From an uncultured Erysipelotrichaceae bacterium (GTDB taxonomy: Bacteria > Bacillota_I > Bacilli_A > Erysipelotrichales > Erysipelotrichaceae): a stretch of 29,729 nt of DNA. The translations under genes and the position numbers were made by a program. How positions within the stretch are numbered: position 1 is the stretch's first letter; each line of letters begins with the position of its first letter. The notes beneath the pieces are model-generated. The model saw only the letters and a program-made list of their open reading frames with translations. It ran no database searches and had not been told where the DNA came from. The stretch is taken from positions 1 to 29,729 of the forward strand of contig CAYWGS010000004.1 of assembly GCA_964457525.1 (NCBI GenBank), in the 5' to 3' direction. Positions 1 to 8,672 of the stretch are shown piece after piece.

Positions 1-14
1 GTAGTGAATAGTGT

Positions 15-1730
15 ATGATATTTAAACAAAGAACCATGAAAAACATAAAAATACTTATTTTCTTATCCATCTTTTCTCTTGTAACATACTTTTGGTTTTC
101 CAACAAAGATAATTTTTTAATGTCCAATATTGATAGTAAACAAGGAATCTATGATTTTACTGAATGGAATGAAGATGAACTCTATCGACTTAAAGGTGAA
201 TGGGAATTTTATCCCAAACAATTTATTGATGAAAATCAAAGTGATTTCGACAGTAAACAATACCAGACTGTTGAACATTTATGGACTCAAGATCCAAACT
301 TTAATCATGGTTTCGGTTATGCAAGTTATCGCTTAAATATAAGTGGTTTAGATCCGAATAAACAATATGGTTTACTCTTAGAAGAAGCTGGTTCAAGTTA
401 TGAGTTGTATGTAAATGGAAGACTTATTCTTTCCAATGGTAAGGTCTCAAATAATATTGAGAATGCAATAAATGAGAATTATACCGATAAAGGTGTATTC
501 TTTAGTGATTCGAGTGGCAATGCTAATATCGTAATCCATATATCCAACTTCGTAAAGATTAATTCTGGCTTTAATTTTGCGCCATTACTAAGTTCGTATG
601 AACGAATGATAAATTATTATGAAACAACGATGATTATTGAGTTGTTTGTTTTTTCCGCAATGTTTTCATTAGGTCTTATCTTTTTATTAATTACTTTAAT
701 TGTTAAGGATCATCGTTCATTCTTTATGGCAATCTTAACCTTCCTCTTCTCTATCCGAATTATCAGTATAGGCAATCATCTTATCTATGTACTCAACCCA
801 TATATAAATTTACCCCTTATTTGGATTATTCGTTTTGAATATCTATCGGTTTATTTGATGCTTCCGGCATTCTTGTTCTTAGTAAATACCTTTAAGATAT
901 TTAAATCTGATTTTTATTTTAAATCCGCAATCGTATTAAGTACTTTCTTTACAATCGTTTCATTTATATCGAATCAAGGACAACTCGAATTGCTCTATTA
1001 TGTCTTCCAGTTCCTAATTGGATTATTTGGACTACAACTCATCTACTCATGTTATATGGCACTAAAAAAGGGTATTATTGATCTTCTTAGCGTAATTGCA
1101 CTATTCATTACGATTTCTCTAGCGTTAGTACTAAATTTTGTTTTACAAGATGTTCGTAATTCTTTCTACTATATGGTTATGATATTCACTTTATTTATCG
1201 CTGCGAGTGTTATCTATCGATTCTCGGTAATAAGTGAAAGAACCATCCATTTAGAAAGTATTGTAAAAATTGATCCCCTCACTAAACTATGGAATCGATC
1301 CTATTTAAATGACTTAAAACAAAATGGACTTAAGTTTGATCAAGAAGATTACTTATTTGTTTTGTTTATTGACCTCAACGAATTTAAACAGATTAATGAT
1401 GAGTATGGTCATAAAATAGGGGATGAAGTCTTACGTATTGCCGCAAGACGTTTACGTAATAGTTGTCATGATAGTGACCAAATCATTCGTTATGGTGGTG
1501 ATGAGTTCTTGATTTTTGCCAATATGAAAGATTCAAATTCCATAGAAAAAGTTATCAAACGTATACGTGATAACTTTGTTGAACCATTCTCAATCGGTGA
1601 TATTAAAATTAATCTAAGTCTCGCAATCGGTTATCATCCATTTAATCCAAGAGAAGATGACCTTGAGACAATCATTGCATTTAGCGATAAAAAAATGTAT
1701 GAGGATAAACGAAGACAAGCTAATCTATAA
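15..1730 (+). CDS. Membrane diguanylate cyclase: N-terminal extracytoplasmic sensor region, about 7 TM helices (7TMR-DISM-like architecture) and C-terminal GGDEF domain
   Basis: 571-aa ORF. It has an N-terminal TM helix (KILIFLSIFSLVTYFWF), a ~170-aa hydrophilic region containing LKGEWEFYP, and a long hydrophobic block (aa ~200-400). The C-terminus reads LFIDLNEFKQINDEYGHKIGDEVL...IIRYGGDEFLIF, an intact GGDEF motif. The position of the RxxD inhibitory site reads HDSD. The start could also be ATG 36; upstream sequence is cut by the window edge. Confidence 0.85.
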   Translation: MIFKQRTMKNIKILIFLSIFSLVTYFWFSNKDNFLMSNIDSKQGIYDFTEWNEDELYRLKGEWEFYPKQFIDENQSDFDSKQYQTVEHLWTQDPNFNHGFGYASYRLNISGLDPNKQYGLLLEEAGSSYELYVNGRLILSNGKVSNNIENAINENYTDKGVFFSDSSGNANIVIHISNFVKINSGFNFAPLLSSYERMINYYETTMIIELFVFSAMFSLGLIFLLITLIVKDHRSFFMAILTFLFSIRIISIGNHLIYVLNPYINLPLIWIIRFEYLSVYLMLPAFLFLVNTFKIFKSDFYFKSAIVLSTFFTIVSFISNQGQLELLYYVFQFLIGLFGLQLIYSCYMALKKGIIDLLSVIALFITISLALVLNFVLQDVRNSFYYMVMIFTLFIAASVIYRFSVISERTIHLESIVKIDPLTKLWNRSYLNDLKQNGLKFDQEDYLFVLFIDLNEFKQINDEYGHKIGDEVLRIAARRLRNSCHDSDQIIRYGGDEFLIFANMKDSNSIEKVIKRIRDNFVEPFSIGDIKINLSLAIGYHPFNPREDDLETIIAFSDKKMYEDKRRQANL

Positions 1731-1995
1731 ATAGAACATCTTGATATTCAGGATGTTTTTCAAACTCTTTTTTAGCGTATGAACATTCGAGTTTTAATTT
1801 AAACTTCTCATTACGAGCAATCTCAACCACATATTTAACCAACGCTCGACCAACACCTTGTCCTTTTAGTTCTTCACCAACTTCTGTGTGCATTAAAATC
1901 ATTCCATAATCTGTGTTAACATATTCAATCTTCGCAAGCGCTTCTTCGTAATGTTCTCCGATATAAAATGCTTCTGTGTTTTGTTTGATTTCCAT
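1720..1995 (-). CDS. Small single-domain GNAT-family N-acetyltransferase (YjdJ-like, ~91 aa)
   Basis: HTEVGEELKGQGVGRALVKYVVEIARNEKFKLKLECSYAKKEFEKHPEYQDV matches the short GNAT family (HT.V....GQG.. then C.Y......HPEY). I place the start at ATG 1995 because AAAGAGG lies 6 nt upstream; the track start at 2019 has no SD. The 3' end overlaps the convergent cyclase gene by 11 nt. Confidence 0.75.
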   Translation of the reverse strand: MEIKQNTEAFYIGEHYEEALAKIEYVNTDYGMILMHTEVGEELKGQGVGRALVKYVVEIARNEKFKLKLECSYAKKEFEKHPEYQDVLFID

Positions 1996-2108
1996 AATGA
2001 CCTCTTTATTAGTATACATAAAATAGTGGTAAAAATTAAATACAATACTCTTTTTTTATCATCTAAGACTTTTTATGACATAATATAAATACGATATAGG
2101 AGTACTTT

Positions 2109-2756
2109 ATGCCTACACAATTTGAACTTGTTTTATTTTTAAGATTACTCATTTCTGTATTATTAGGTGTTTTAATTGGATTTGAAAGAACCAACCGATA
2201 TAAAGAAGCGGGAATACGTACACATGCGATTGTCGCATTAGGATCATGTTTACTTATGATTCTGTCTAAATATGGATTTCCTGATGTAGCACAAGCCGAT
2301 CATTCTCGAATTGCAGCACAAGTTGTGACTGGAATCGGATTTTTAGGTGCTGGGATGATTCTAGTACGTAAGAATACGGTCAGTGGTCTTACCACAGCTG
2401 CAGGTATCTGGACAACTTCCGCAGTTGGGATGACAATAGGAGCAGGAATGTATTTTATCGGAATTAGTACTGCAGCACTTATCATTTTTGTACAAGTTGT
2501 GTTCCATACCAAATGGTTTAGTCGTTTTGATCGATCCAATGATACCTTCTTAGTCAACTGTCAAACGACATCCATCCGTGAGATTATTGATTATATTAAG
2601 AGTCTTGATATAGAGATTGTTATGTATCGAGTGGGTGAAGCAGAAGCGAATCGAGTTAATGTTGAACTTGTGTTACGTTATCCTAATGGATTAAATAAGC
2701 AAGTTTTAAAAGAAAAGATGTTAAAACGATTAACCGATTTGGATGTCGAAGAATGA
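2109..2756 (+). CDS. mgtC: MgtC/SapB family membrane protein
   Basis: GFERTNRYKEAGIRTHAIVALGSCLLMILSKYGF...AAQVVTGIGFLGAGMIL is the MgtC N-terminal membrane domain signature, followed by a soluble ACT-like C-terminal domain. AGGAG lies 6 nt upstream of ATG 2109. Confidence 0.85.
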   Translation: MPTQFELVLFLRLLISVLLGVLIGFERTNRYKEAGIRTHAIVALGSCLLMILSKYGFPDVAQADHSRIAAQVVTGIGFLGAGMILVRKNTVSGLTTAAGIWTTSAVGMTIGAGMYFIGISTAALIIFVQVVFHTKWFSRFDRSNDTFLVNCQTTSIREIIDYIKSLDIEIVMYRVGEAEANRVNVELVLRYPNGLNKQVLKEKMLKRLTDLDVEE

Positions 2757-3364
2757 AAAAATATAAGAATATCATATTTGATATGGGGAATGTTTTACTC
2801 GATTTCTCACCCCATCTCATCACTTCTAAATACACCCAAGACACAGATATCATTCATAAACTTGTAAAAGAAATTTTCTTTAAACAAGAATGGTTAGATA
2901 TGGATCAAGGGATTATGAGTGAAGAAGAAGCCTATCATCAAATCATTCAACGTGTTGAACCAGAGTATCATTTCATCGTTAAAGATATCCTAGATCATTG
3001 GCATGAATCACTGATTGAAAGAGAGATTATGTCTGATTTACTCGAACAACTCAAACAGAAGGGGTATAAACTCTATCTATTCTCTAATGCATCACTTCGA
3101 TTCAATGCTTATAAAGAACGCATCAAAGCACTAAATTATTTTGAGTATAAAGTGATGTCTGCAGAAATTCTATGTTCCAAACCAAGCTTAGAATTCTATC
3201 GTAAAGGTTTTGAACTCTGTAATATCAATCCTGAAGAAAGCTTCTTTATTGATGATTCTGCCCAAAATATTTTATCCGCAAATGATTTAGGAATGGATGG
3301 GTATATCTACAATGGTTCTTATTCTTTACTAATAGACTATTTAAAACAAATGAGTATCTTATAA
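2753..3364 (+). CDS. HAD-IA family hydrolase, YihX-like (sugar-phosphate phosphatase type)
   Basis: Motif I reads IIFDMGNVLLDF, the D-x-G-N-V form seen in E. coli YihX. Motif II is LFSN, followed by SKPSLEFY and FFIDDSAQN (motif IV). The start overlaps the mgtC stop (ATGA), which suggests translational coupling. Confidence 0.75.
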   Translation: MKKYKNIIFDMGNVLLDFSPHLITSKYTQDTDIIHKLVKEIFFKQEWLDMDQGIMSEEEAYHQIIQRVEPEYHFIVKDILDHWHESLIEREIMSDLLEQLKQKGYKLYLFSNASLRFNAYKERIKALNYFEYKVMSAEILCSKPSLEFYRKGFELCNINPEESFFIDDSAQNILSANDLGMDGYIYNGSYSLLIDYLKQMSIL

Positions 3365-3399
3365 TATGCAAATGCAAATCATTTGCATATTTTTATTTG
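3363..3399 (+). terminator. Possible rho-independent terminator of the mgtC-HAD unit (12-bp AT-rich hairpin plus T tract)
   Basis: AATATGCAAATG (3363-3374) pairs perfectly with CATTTGCATATT (3380-3391) around the loop caaat, followed by TTTTATTT. Only 3 G:C pairs, so the stem is weak. The same bases also form the candidate Zur operator. Confidence 0.4.
3373..3387. promoter_or_regulatory. Candidate Zur (Fur-family) operator, perfect 7-1-7 palindrome TGCAAAT-C-ATTTGCA
   Basis: Perfect inverted repeat with the 7-1-7 architecture of Fur-family boxes (B. subtilis Zur core TCGTAATnATTACGA). It overlaps the -35 of the znu promoter, directly upstream of an operon that itself encodes the Fur-family regulator. 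Confidence 0.45.
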
Positions 3400-3411
3400 A
3401 TTGATTATAAT
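3383..3411 (+). promoter_or_regulatory. Sigma-A type promoter of the znuACB-zur operon
   Basis: -35 TTGCAT (3383-3388), 17-nt spacer, -10 TATAAT (3406-3411). This leaves a short leader to the GGAGA SD at 3423. Confidence 0.5.
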
Positions 3412-3432
3412 CTCCTTAGAATGGAGAATCGT

Positions 3433-4356
3433 ATGAAGAATTTGATTAAAATAGGATTATTATTAAGTATATTTTTAAGCGCTTGTACAAACATTGAAAA
3501 CACAGAAGAAAAGCCACAGGTTATTGTGACTCTATTTCCGCAATATGACATGGTACGAGCAATAGCTCAAGATAAAGTAAATGTAGAGTTATTATTACCA
3601 GCAGGAGTAGAACCACATTCATATGAACCAACTCCAAGTACCATTATTAACATCAATGAGTCAGATTTATTCATCTATACAAGTGATATTATGGAAACTT
3701 GGATCAATGGATTATTGAGTCAACTAAGTAACGATGGACCCATTATCGTAAACAGTTCCAATGGTGTTGAGTACATTTCACATACCGATGAACATGAACA
3801 TGAAGAAGATAATCATGAAACAGAATACGATCCACATTTCTGGCTAGATCCAAACAATGCTAAAGTTATGGTTAATAATATAACCAATGGTTTAGTTGAA
3901 ATGGATCTAGAGAATGAGACTTTTTATCGTCAAAACGAAACAGCTTATCTCGATAAATTAACTGAACTAGATAATCAATGGATTGATTTATTCAACCGAG
4001 TTAAAGTTAAAAAGATTATATATGGTGGACATTTTGCATTTGGTTATCTAGCTCATCGATTTGATGTGCAAATATTATCACCTTATACTGGATATTCACC
4101 TGATGCAGAACCGAGTGTAAGTGCGCTTGCGGAACTCATTGATATTATGAAACAAAATGATATTCAAACTATCTTCTATGAAGAATTAATAGATCCAAAG
4201 ATTGCGCGTACCATATCCGAACAAACCAATGCAAAAATAGAAGTATTGCATGCGGCACATAATTTGAGCTCAGAGGATATGACAAAAGGATTAACGTATT
4301 TTGATATTATGGAAATGAATATAGAAAAACTAAAGGAAGCACTAAAATATGAGTAA
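3433..4356 (+). CDS. znuA: Zinc ABC transporter substrate-binding lipoprotein (ZnuA/AdcA, TroA fold)
   Basis: Lipoprotein signal MKNLIKIGLLLSIFLSAC with lipobox LSAC. Metal-ligand motifs are VEPHSYEPTP, DPHFWLDP and YGGHFAFGY. The acidic His-rich loop HTDEHEHEEDNHETEYDPH is typical of zinc-specific members. Start 3433 is preferred over the track TTG 3397 because GGAGA lies 5-6 nt upstream and the -10 box lies inside the longer ORF. Confidence 0.88.
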   Translation: MKNLIKIGLLLSIFLSACTNIENTEEKPQVIVTLFPQYDMVRAIAQDKVNVELLLPAGVEPHSYEPTPSTIININESDLFIYTSDIMETWINGLLSQLSNDGPIIVNSSNGVEYISHTDEHEHEEDNHETEYDPHFWLDPNNAKVMVNNITNGLVEMDLENETFYRQNETAYLDKLTELDNQWIDLFNRVKVKKIIYGGHFAFGYLAHRFDVQILSPYTGYSPDAEPSVSALAELIDIMKQNDIQTIFYEELIDPKIARTISEQTNAKIEVLHAAHNLSSEDMTKGLTYFDIMEMNIEKLKEALKYE

Positions 4357-5095
4357 TCTAATCGAGGCTAAAAATGTTTGTGTTCAATACGGAAAAATGC
4401 TTGCCTTAGATCATGTTAATTTCAACGTTGGCCAACAAGATTATCTTGCGATCGTTGGGCCCAATGGTTCAGGTAAAACGACGCTCATGCGAGCATTACT
4501 CGGACTTGTTGATACAAGTTCAGGAGAATTTGAATTCTCAGAAAATTTTTCTCGTTATGAAATTGGATACTTACCTCAGAAAGGATTTAATCACGATAAA
4601 CATTTTCCAGCTTCGGTTTATGAAATCATTAAAACAGGTCTCAATCGAAAGAATCTCAAAGACAAAGATATCCATCATGAGATTCTTGAGTTAAGTCGAA
4701 AACTTGGAATTGAATCTCTATTAAAGAAACGAATTGGTTACTTGTCCGGTGGTCAACAACAACGTGTCCTATTAGCTCGTGCGTTGATTAGTAAACCAAA
4801 ACTATTGATTCTAGATGAACCAACATCGGCTTTAGACCCAACCATTCGCGAAGAGTTTTATCAACTTATCAAAAATTATCACCAAAAAGAAAAGGTAAGC
4901 ATCATCTTGATTTCGCATGATTTAAATTCAGTTAGTTTATACGCAACCCATATTCTATATCTAGACCAAAAAGTGGTTTTCTATGGATTAAGCACTCAGT
5001 TATGCCAATCTGAGGAACTCATGGCACAAATCGGCCCTCAAGCAACTGCAGCACTCTGTCAGGTGGAACAACATGAACATCACATCCATATTTAA
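4349..5095 (+). CDS. znuC: Zinc/metal ABC transporter ATP-binding protein
   Basis: Walker A GPNGSGKTT, ABC signature LSGGQQQR, Walker B LLILDEPTS and H-loop SHD are all present. The C-terminal tail is His-rich (QVEQHEHHIHI). The start overlaps the znuA end by 8 nt. Confidence 0.9.
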   Translation: MSNLIEAKNVCVQYGKMLALDHVNFNVGQQDYLAIVGPNGSGKTTLMRALLGLVDTSSGEFEFSENFSRYEIGYLPQKGFNHDKHFPASVYEIIKTGLNRKNLKDKDIHHEILELSRKLGIESLLKKRIGYLSGGQQQRVLLARALISKPKLLILDEPTSALDPTIREEFYQLIKNYHQKEKVSIILISHDLNSVSLYATHILYLDQKVVFYGLSTQLCQSEELMAQIGPQATAALCQVEQHEHHIHI

Positions 5096-5897
5096 TTTAT
5101 TCTCGTATACATTTCTACAACGTGCACTCATTGTGGGCTTACTTATATCCATTAGTAGTTCATTTTTAGGTATCTTCTTAGTCCTAAGAAAATACTCTAT
5201 GATTGGAGATGGATTAGCCCATGTATCCTTTGCGACCGTCGCATTAGCTCTATTACTGAATCAATCACCTCTAATAATATCAATCCCTATCGTAAGTTTA
5301 TCCTCACTCTTAATTCTAAAATTAAGCGAAGAAAATCGAATAGGGGGAGATGCGGCAATTGGGTTAATCTCGTCCACAGCCGTTGCGATTGGGGTACTTA
5401 TCTCATCGCTTTCGAATGGTTTTAGTGTGGATCTATACAGTTATTTATTTGGTAGTATCTTAATTATTTCTGAAATGGATGTGTATTTCTCATTTATTCT
5501 ATCCATTATTGTTATAGGAACAGTACTCTATTTCTACCAAGATCTCTTTGCGATGACCTATGATATGGATTACGCGATTGTTAGTGGACGTAAGACAAAA
5601 CAGTTGAATCAAATCATATCGTTTCTAACATCCATTACAATCGTTCTAGGCATACGTGTTGTTGGGACTATGCTTATCTCAAGCTTGATTATCTTCCCAA
5701 CGGTTAGTGCATTACGCTTATCAAATAGCTTTAAATCGACCATTATCTGGGCTGTTATGATATCGAGTTTCAGTGTTGTATCTGGATTACTCATATCAAT
5801 TACCTTCGACTTACCAACTGGTTCAAGTATTGTATTGATAAATGCTGTAATCTTTGTGATATGTTCATGGTTATCCTGGATCAGAAAGGAGAGTTAA
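5073..5897 (+). CDS. znuB: Zinc/metal ABC transporter permease (ABC-3 family)
   Basis: 274-aa polytopic membrane protein with the typical ABC-3 pattern (MIGDGLAHVSFATVALA ... GGDAAIG ... IIFPTVSA). AGGTGGA lies upstream of ATG 5073. It overlaps znuC by 23 nt. Confidence 0.88.
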   Translation: MNITSIFNLFSYTFLQRALIVGLLISISSSFLGIFLVLRKYSMIGDGLAHVSFATVALALLLNQSPLIISIPIVSLSSLLILKLSEENRIGGDAAIGLISSTAVAIGVLISSLSNGFSVDLYSYLFGSILIISEMDVYFSFILSIIVIGTVLYFYQDLFAMTYDMDYAIVSGRKTKQLNQIISFLTSITIVLGIRVVGTMLISSLIIFPTVSALRLSNSFKSTIIWAVMISSFSVVSGLLISITFDLPTGSSIVLINAVIFVICSWLSWIRKES

Positions 5898-6323
5898 ATG
5901 AAGGCTAAAGATATTTTATCGCATCATCAATTAAAGTACTCTCGACAACGAGAAGCACTCATTGAACTTCTTCAAGATGAAGATTATCCCATGACGATCG
6001 ATCAAATTGTAGAACGATTAAGAGATTTAAAGAACCCAATGAATGTATCAACGGTATATCGAATTGTGGAAAGTTTATTTGAACATCAAATCGTGGATAA
6101 GAATTATAGCAGTGTTAGTAATTCTACCTTGATTCAACTCAAGAAATCGCATCATCATCATTATCTTATCTGTCAATCGTGTCATAAGATGATTCCCCTC
6201 ATTGATTGTCCAATTCATGATATTGTACATTCGATCGAAGATAAACAACACTTTAAAGTCATATCACACAGTTTAGAAATTATTGGAATATGCTACGAAT
6301 GTCAAAATAAAGCTCAGGTTTAA
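5898..6323 (+). CDS. zur: Fur-family transcriptional regulator, probable zinc uptake regulator
   Basis: N-terminal winged helix (LKYSRQREALIELL...VSTVYRIVESL), a His cluster HHHHY, and two CxxC pairs (CQSC, CYEC). It is the last gene of the znu operon. AAAGGAGAG SD lies upstream, and the ATG directly follows the znuB stop. Confidence 0.85.
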   Translation: MKAKDILSHHQLKYSRQREALIELLQDEDYPMTIDQIVERLRDLKNPMNVSTVYRIVESLFEHQIVDKNYSSVSNSTLIQLKKSHHHHYLICQSCHKMIPLIDCPIHDIVHSIEDKQHFKVISHSLEIIGICYECQNKAQV

Positions 6324-6340
6324 TTTCCTGAGCTTTTATT
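6309..6340. terminator. Bidirectional hairpin terminator shared by zur and the convergent GGDEF gene
   Basis: AAAGCTCAGG (6309-6318) pairs with CCTGAGCTTT (6327-6336) around an 8-nt loop. It is T-rich on the + strand (TTTTATT) and has an A-run on the other side. The stem contains both stop codons; the two ORFs overlap by 4 nt. Confidence 0.6.
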
Positions 6341-8548
6341 ATAAACATGGATTCTATTTCTTCCATTCTGTTTCGAGTGATATAAAGCGGAGTCCGCGTA
6401 TTCTAATAATTGTTTAGGAGAAGTATCTCGATTTGGGACAAAGCATGCGATACCGATACTTAATGTAATACGAGTCGATATTGAACTGTACTCATGTAAT
6501 AGATTAAGTTGTTCGAGCTCTGTTTGAATCGCGTTTGCGACACTCATGCAAAACTCTTCAGTCGCATCCGATAAAAGAACTATATACTCATCACCACCGA
6601 AGCGAACAGCTAAATCATTACTTCGTTTCGCATGTTTCTTAATGATTTCCGCAATCTTAATGACAATTACATCTCCACTAAGATGTCCATAATGATCGTT
6701 GTATTCTTTAAAGAAGTCAATATCGAGCATCATAATACAGATTGGTGTTTTATAACGAATGGAACGTTTAAACTCATGATCATAAAATTCATCAAAATGA
6801 CGTCGATTCGCAATTCCGGTTAGTCCGTCAATTTCAGATAAGTCTGATAATTCTTTATTCAACTTCTTTAACTCTTGTTGGACAATCTCACGCTTTTGGA
6901 TTTCTTGTTTCAATTCTTCTGATTTCTGAGCATTACGAATCGCGATTGCTAAGTAGGAGGATAAAATCTCAAGGGTTTCTAATGATTGAGTTGTATAGAT
7001 ATTTTGATCACGATTTTGGACGGTTATAATTCCAATGCATTTATCTTCAATGGTTAATGGTACAAACATAATTGATTCCATTAACTGTCCAACACGAACA
7101 TTAATGTTTGCATTGAGATATTGTTCAATTTCACTTCTTTGATTAAAGAAGAATTTTTTAGAGTTGATAAAACATTTAACCGCAAGACTATTGTGATTGG
7201 ATAGTGGGATGAAGTAATCTAACACACGTTCACCATCGACAATCAAATACTTGTAATCAATCACATCACGATGTGGATCATAAATACCGATACCAAAGGT
7301 ACTTGATTCCATTAATACATTTACATTTTGATAAACCAAATCATAAATATCTTCTAGTTCGGTTTGAACAGTTAAACTTCTACCAATCTTACTAATTGCC
7401 TTTGTACTTTGATACGCTTTGCTTAAATCTTCATTATTCTTTTCGATTTGTTTCGCTTTCTCAGCTAAATCCTGCGATAAACGATAATAGGTTTCACGTT
7501 CTTGATATGCTATTTCTGCTTGTTTCTGTAGATTGATGCCACTTAAACGTTGTGCAACTTTTTCTTTTTCTAACTTATCAACTGTATCAATATACTTATT
7601 CGCAAAGAATAAAGCATTCTCAATATTACCCAAACACTCATGATCTTTAATCAAACGTTTATACGCTTTAGCTAAGATATGATCTGCATTGATTTGTTCC
7701 GCATTTAAGATAATTTCATTTAAATAGATCAGTGCATGATTAATATCATTTTGATCACGATAGACTTGATGTAATTCAAACAAGACTTCCATCGATAACA
7801 ATATTTCTTTAGTTTCACTGTATATACTTAAACTCTTATTTAGAAACTCAATCGCTTGATTATAACGATGTTGTTCACATGCGATAATGCCTAAATATTT
7901 TAAACTAACCGATTCTACAATTTTGTCCTGACATTGACGAGCTAAGTCTAAGGATAATAATGCGTATTCCTCTGCTTTATTGTAATTTTTTTGTGCTAGA
8001 TAAACAGCCGCAATATTAGAAAGCGGATAGATCTTACGATCTAAATCTTTTTCTTCGGATAGTCCAGCGATACTCATTTGATATAAATCAATTGCGGAAT
8101 CGTAATCATTCAGTTCACGATAAATCTCTCCAATATTACTCAATATTGTAGATTTTAAGTAATCTTGGTTCTTAGAAACCGCAAGTTGTAGACCAATTTG
8201 ATAATAAGTATACGCAGAATCATAAACTTGCAAATCTAAATAAACATTGCCTAATGCATTGAGAATCTCAATCTCAATCTCTGTTCCTTCAATCTCTTTA
8301 GTAAGTTGATCCGCCTCGTGTAAATTATCAAGTGCTTCAAGCAATTGACCTAATCTCCAGTAGGCTAAGCCCATTTGATATAACGAAACACATGTACCCT
8401 TGGTGTAATTCATATCCAAAGATAAATGATATGCATCTTGTGCAATCGTAAGTGCATCTTCTGGATTTTGACTTATGACTAAACGAACTTTTGAATTAAG
8501 TTCATCAATTTTTTGATATTCAAGGTTTAAATCAGCCTGTTGATCCAT
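6320..8548 (-). CDS. Cytoplasmic diguanylate cyclase with N-terminal TPR repeats, coiled coil, GAF domain and C-terminal GGDEF domain
   Basis: The first ~330 aa are a repeating 34-aa-type A/Y/L pattern (..GNVYLDLQVYDSAYTYYQIGLQLA.., ..IGEIYRELNDYDSAIDLYQ..). A central GAF-like block follows (FGIGIYDP...MFVPLTIEDKCIGIITVQN). The C-terminus reads IDGLTGIANRRHF...MLDIDFFKEYNDHYGHLSGD...RFGGDEYIVLL, with an intact RxxD I-site (RSND) five residues before GGDEY. Start set at ATG 8548 (GAGGAGA 4 nt upstream) rather than 8587. Confidence 0.85.
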   Translation of the reverse strand: MDQQADLNLEYQKIDELNSKVRLVISQNPEDALTIAQDAYHLSLDMNYTKGTCVSLYQMGLAYWRLGQLLEALDNLHEADQLTKEIEGTEIEIEILNALGNVYLDLQVYDSAYTYYQIGLQLAVSKNQDYLKSTILSNIGEIYRELNDYDSAIDLYQMSIAGLSEEKDLDRKIYPLSNIAAVYLAQKNYNKAEEYALLSLDLARQCQDKIVESVSLKYLGIIACEQHRYNQAIEFLNKSLSIYSETKEILLSMEVLFELHQVYRDQNDINHALIYLNEIILNAEQINADHILAKAYKRLIKDHECLGNIENALFFANKYIDTVDKLEKEKVAQRLSGINLQKQAEIAYQERETYYRLSQDLAEKAKQIEKNNEDLSKAYQSTKAISKIGRSLTVQTELEDIYDLVYQNVNVLMESSTFGIGIYDPHRDVIDYKYLIVDGERVLDYFIPLSNHNSLAVKCFINSKKFFFNQRSEIEQYLNANINVRVGQLMESIMFVPLTIEDKCIGIITVQNRDQNIYTTQSLETLEILSSYLAIAIRNAQKSEELKQEIQKREIVQQELKKLNKELSDLSEIDGLTGIANRRHFDEFYDHEFKRSIRYKTPICIMMLDIDFFKEYNDHYGHLSGDVIVIKIAEIIKKHAKRSNDLAVRFGGDEYIVLLSDATEEFCMSVANAIQTELEQLNLLHEYSSISTRITLSIGIACFVPNRDTSPKQLLEYADSALYHSKQNGRNRIHVYNKSSGN

Positions 8549-8627
8549 AGATTCTCCTCTATCTTTTTTATCATAGCATTTATTCAAATAAAAAGACTTA
8601 CAAAAAATTAAAATAAGTTAAAAATAC

Positions 8628-8645
8628 TTGTTAAATAATTAACAA
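8628..8645. promoter_or_regulatory. Rex-type operator 1 (TTGTTAA-ATAA-TTAACAA) overlapping the -35 region of the hydrogenase promoter
   Basis: 18-bp site that exactly matches the clostridial Rex consensus TTGTTAAnnnnTTAACAA. An identical copy lies 45 bp downstream. Confidence 0.7.
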
Positions 8646-8658
8646 GTTATGCTATAAT
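8628..8658 (+). promoter_or_regulatory. Sigma-A type promoter of the hydrogenase operon (extended -10)
   Basis: TGcTATAAT at 8650-8658 (extended -10). A -35-like TTGTTAAA lies at 8628-8635, giving a 17-19 nt spacer depending on register. Confidence 0.55.
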
Positions 8659-8672
8659 CTGTTTAATGGCAA

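Noticed and set aside
2020-2108. Possible Mg2+ (M-box) riboswitch upstream of mgtC
   Set aside because: The intergenic region is only 89 nt and extremely AT-rich, with no M-box-like conserved helices. That is too short for the ~160-nt element.
2753-3364. HAD motif I reads DMG (second Asp replaced by Gly), considered as a sign of an inactive phosphatase
   Set aside because: The same D-x-G-N-V form occurs in the active E. coli phosphatase YihX. The rest of the protein aligns well to that subgroup, so this is a subfamily trait and not degeneration.
3397-3432. Track start (TTG 3397) extending znuA by 12 codons
   Set aside because: The extension contains the TATAAT -10 box and the SD. The lipoprotein signal peptide begins naturally at ATG 3433.
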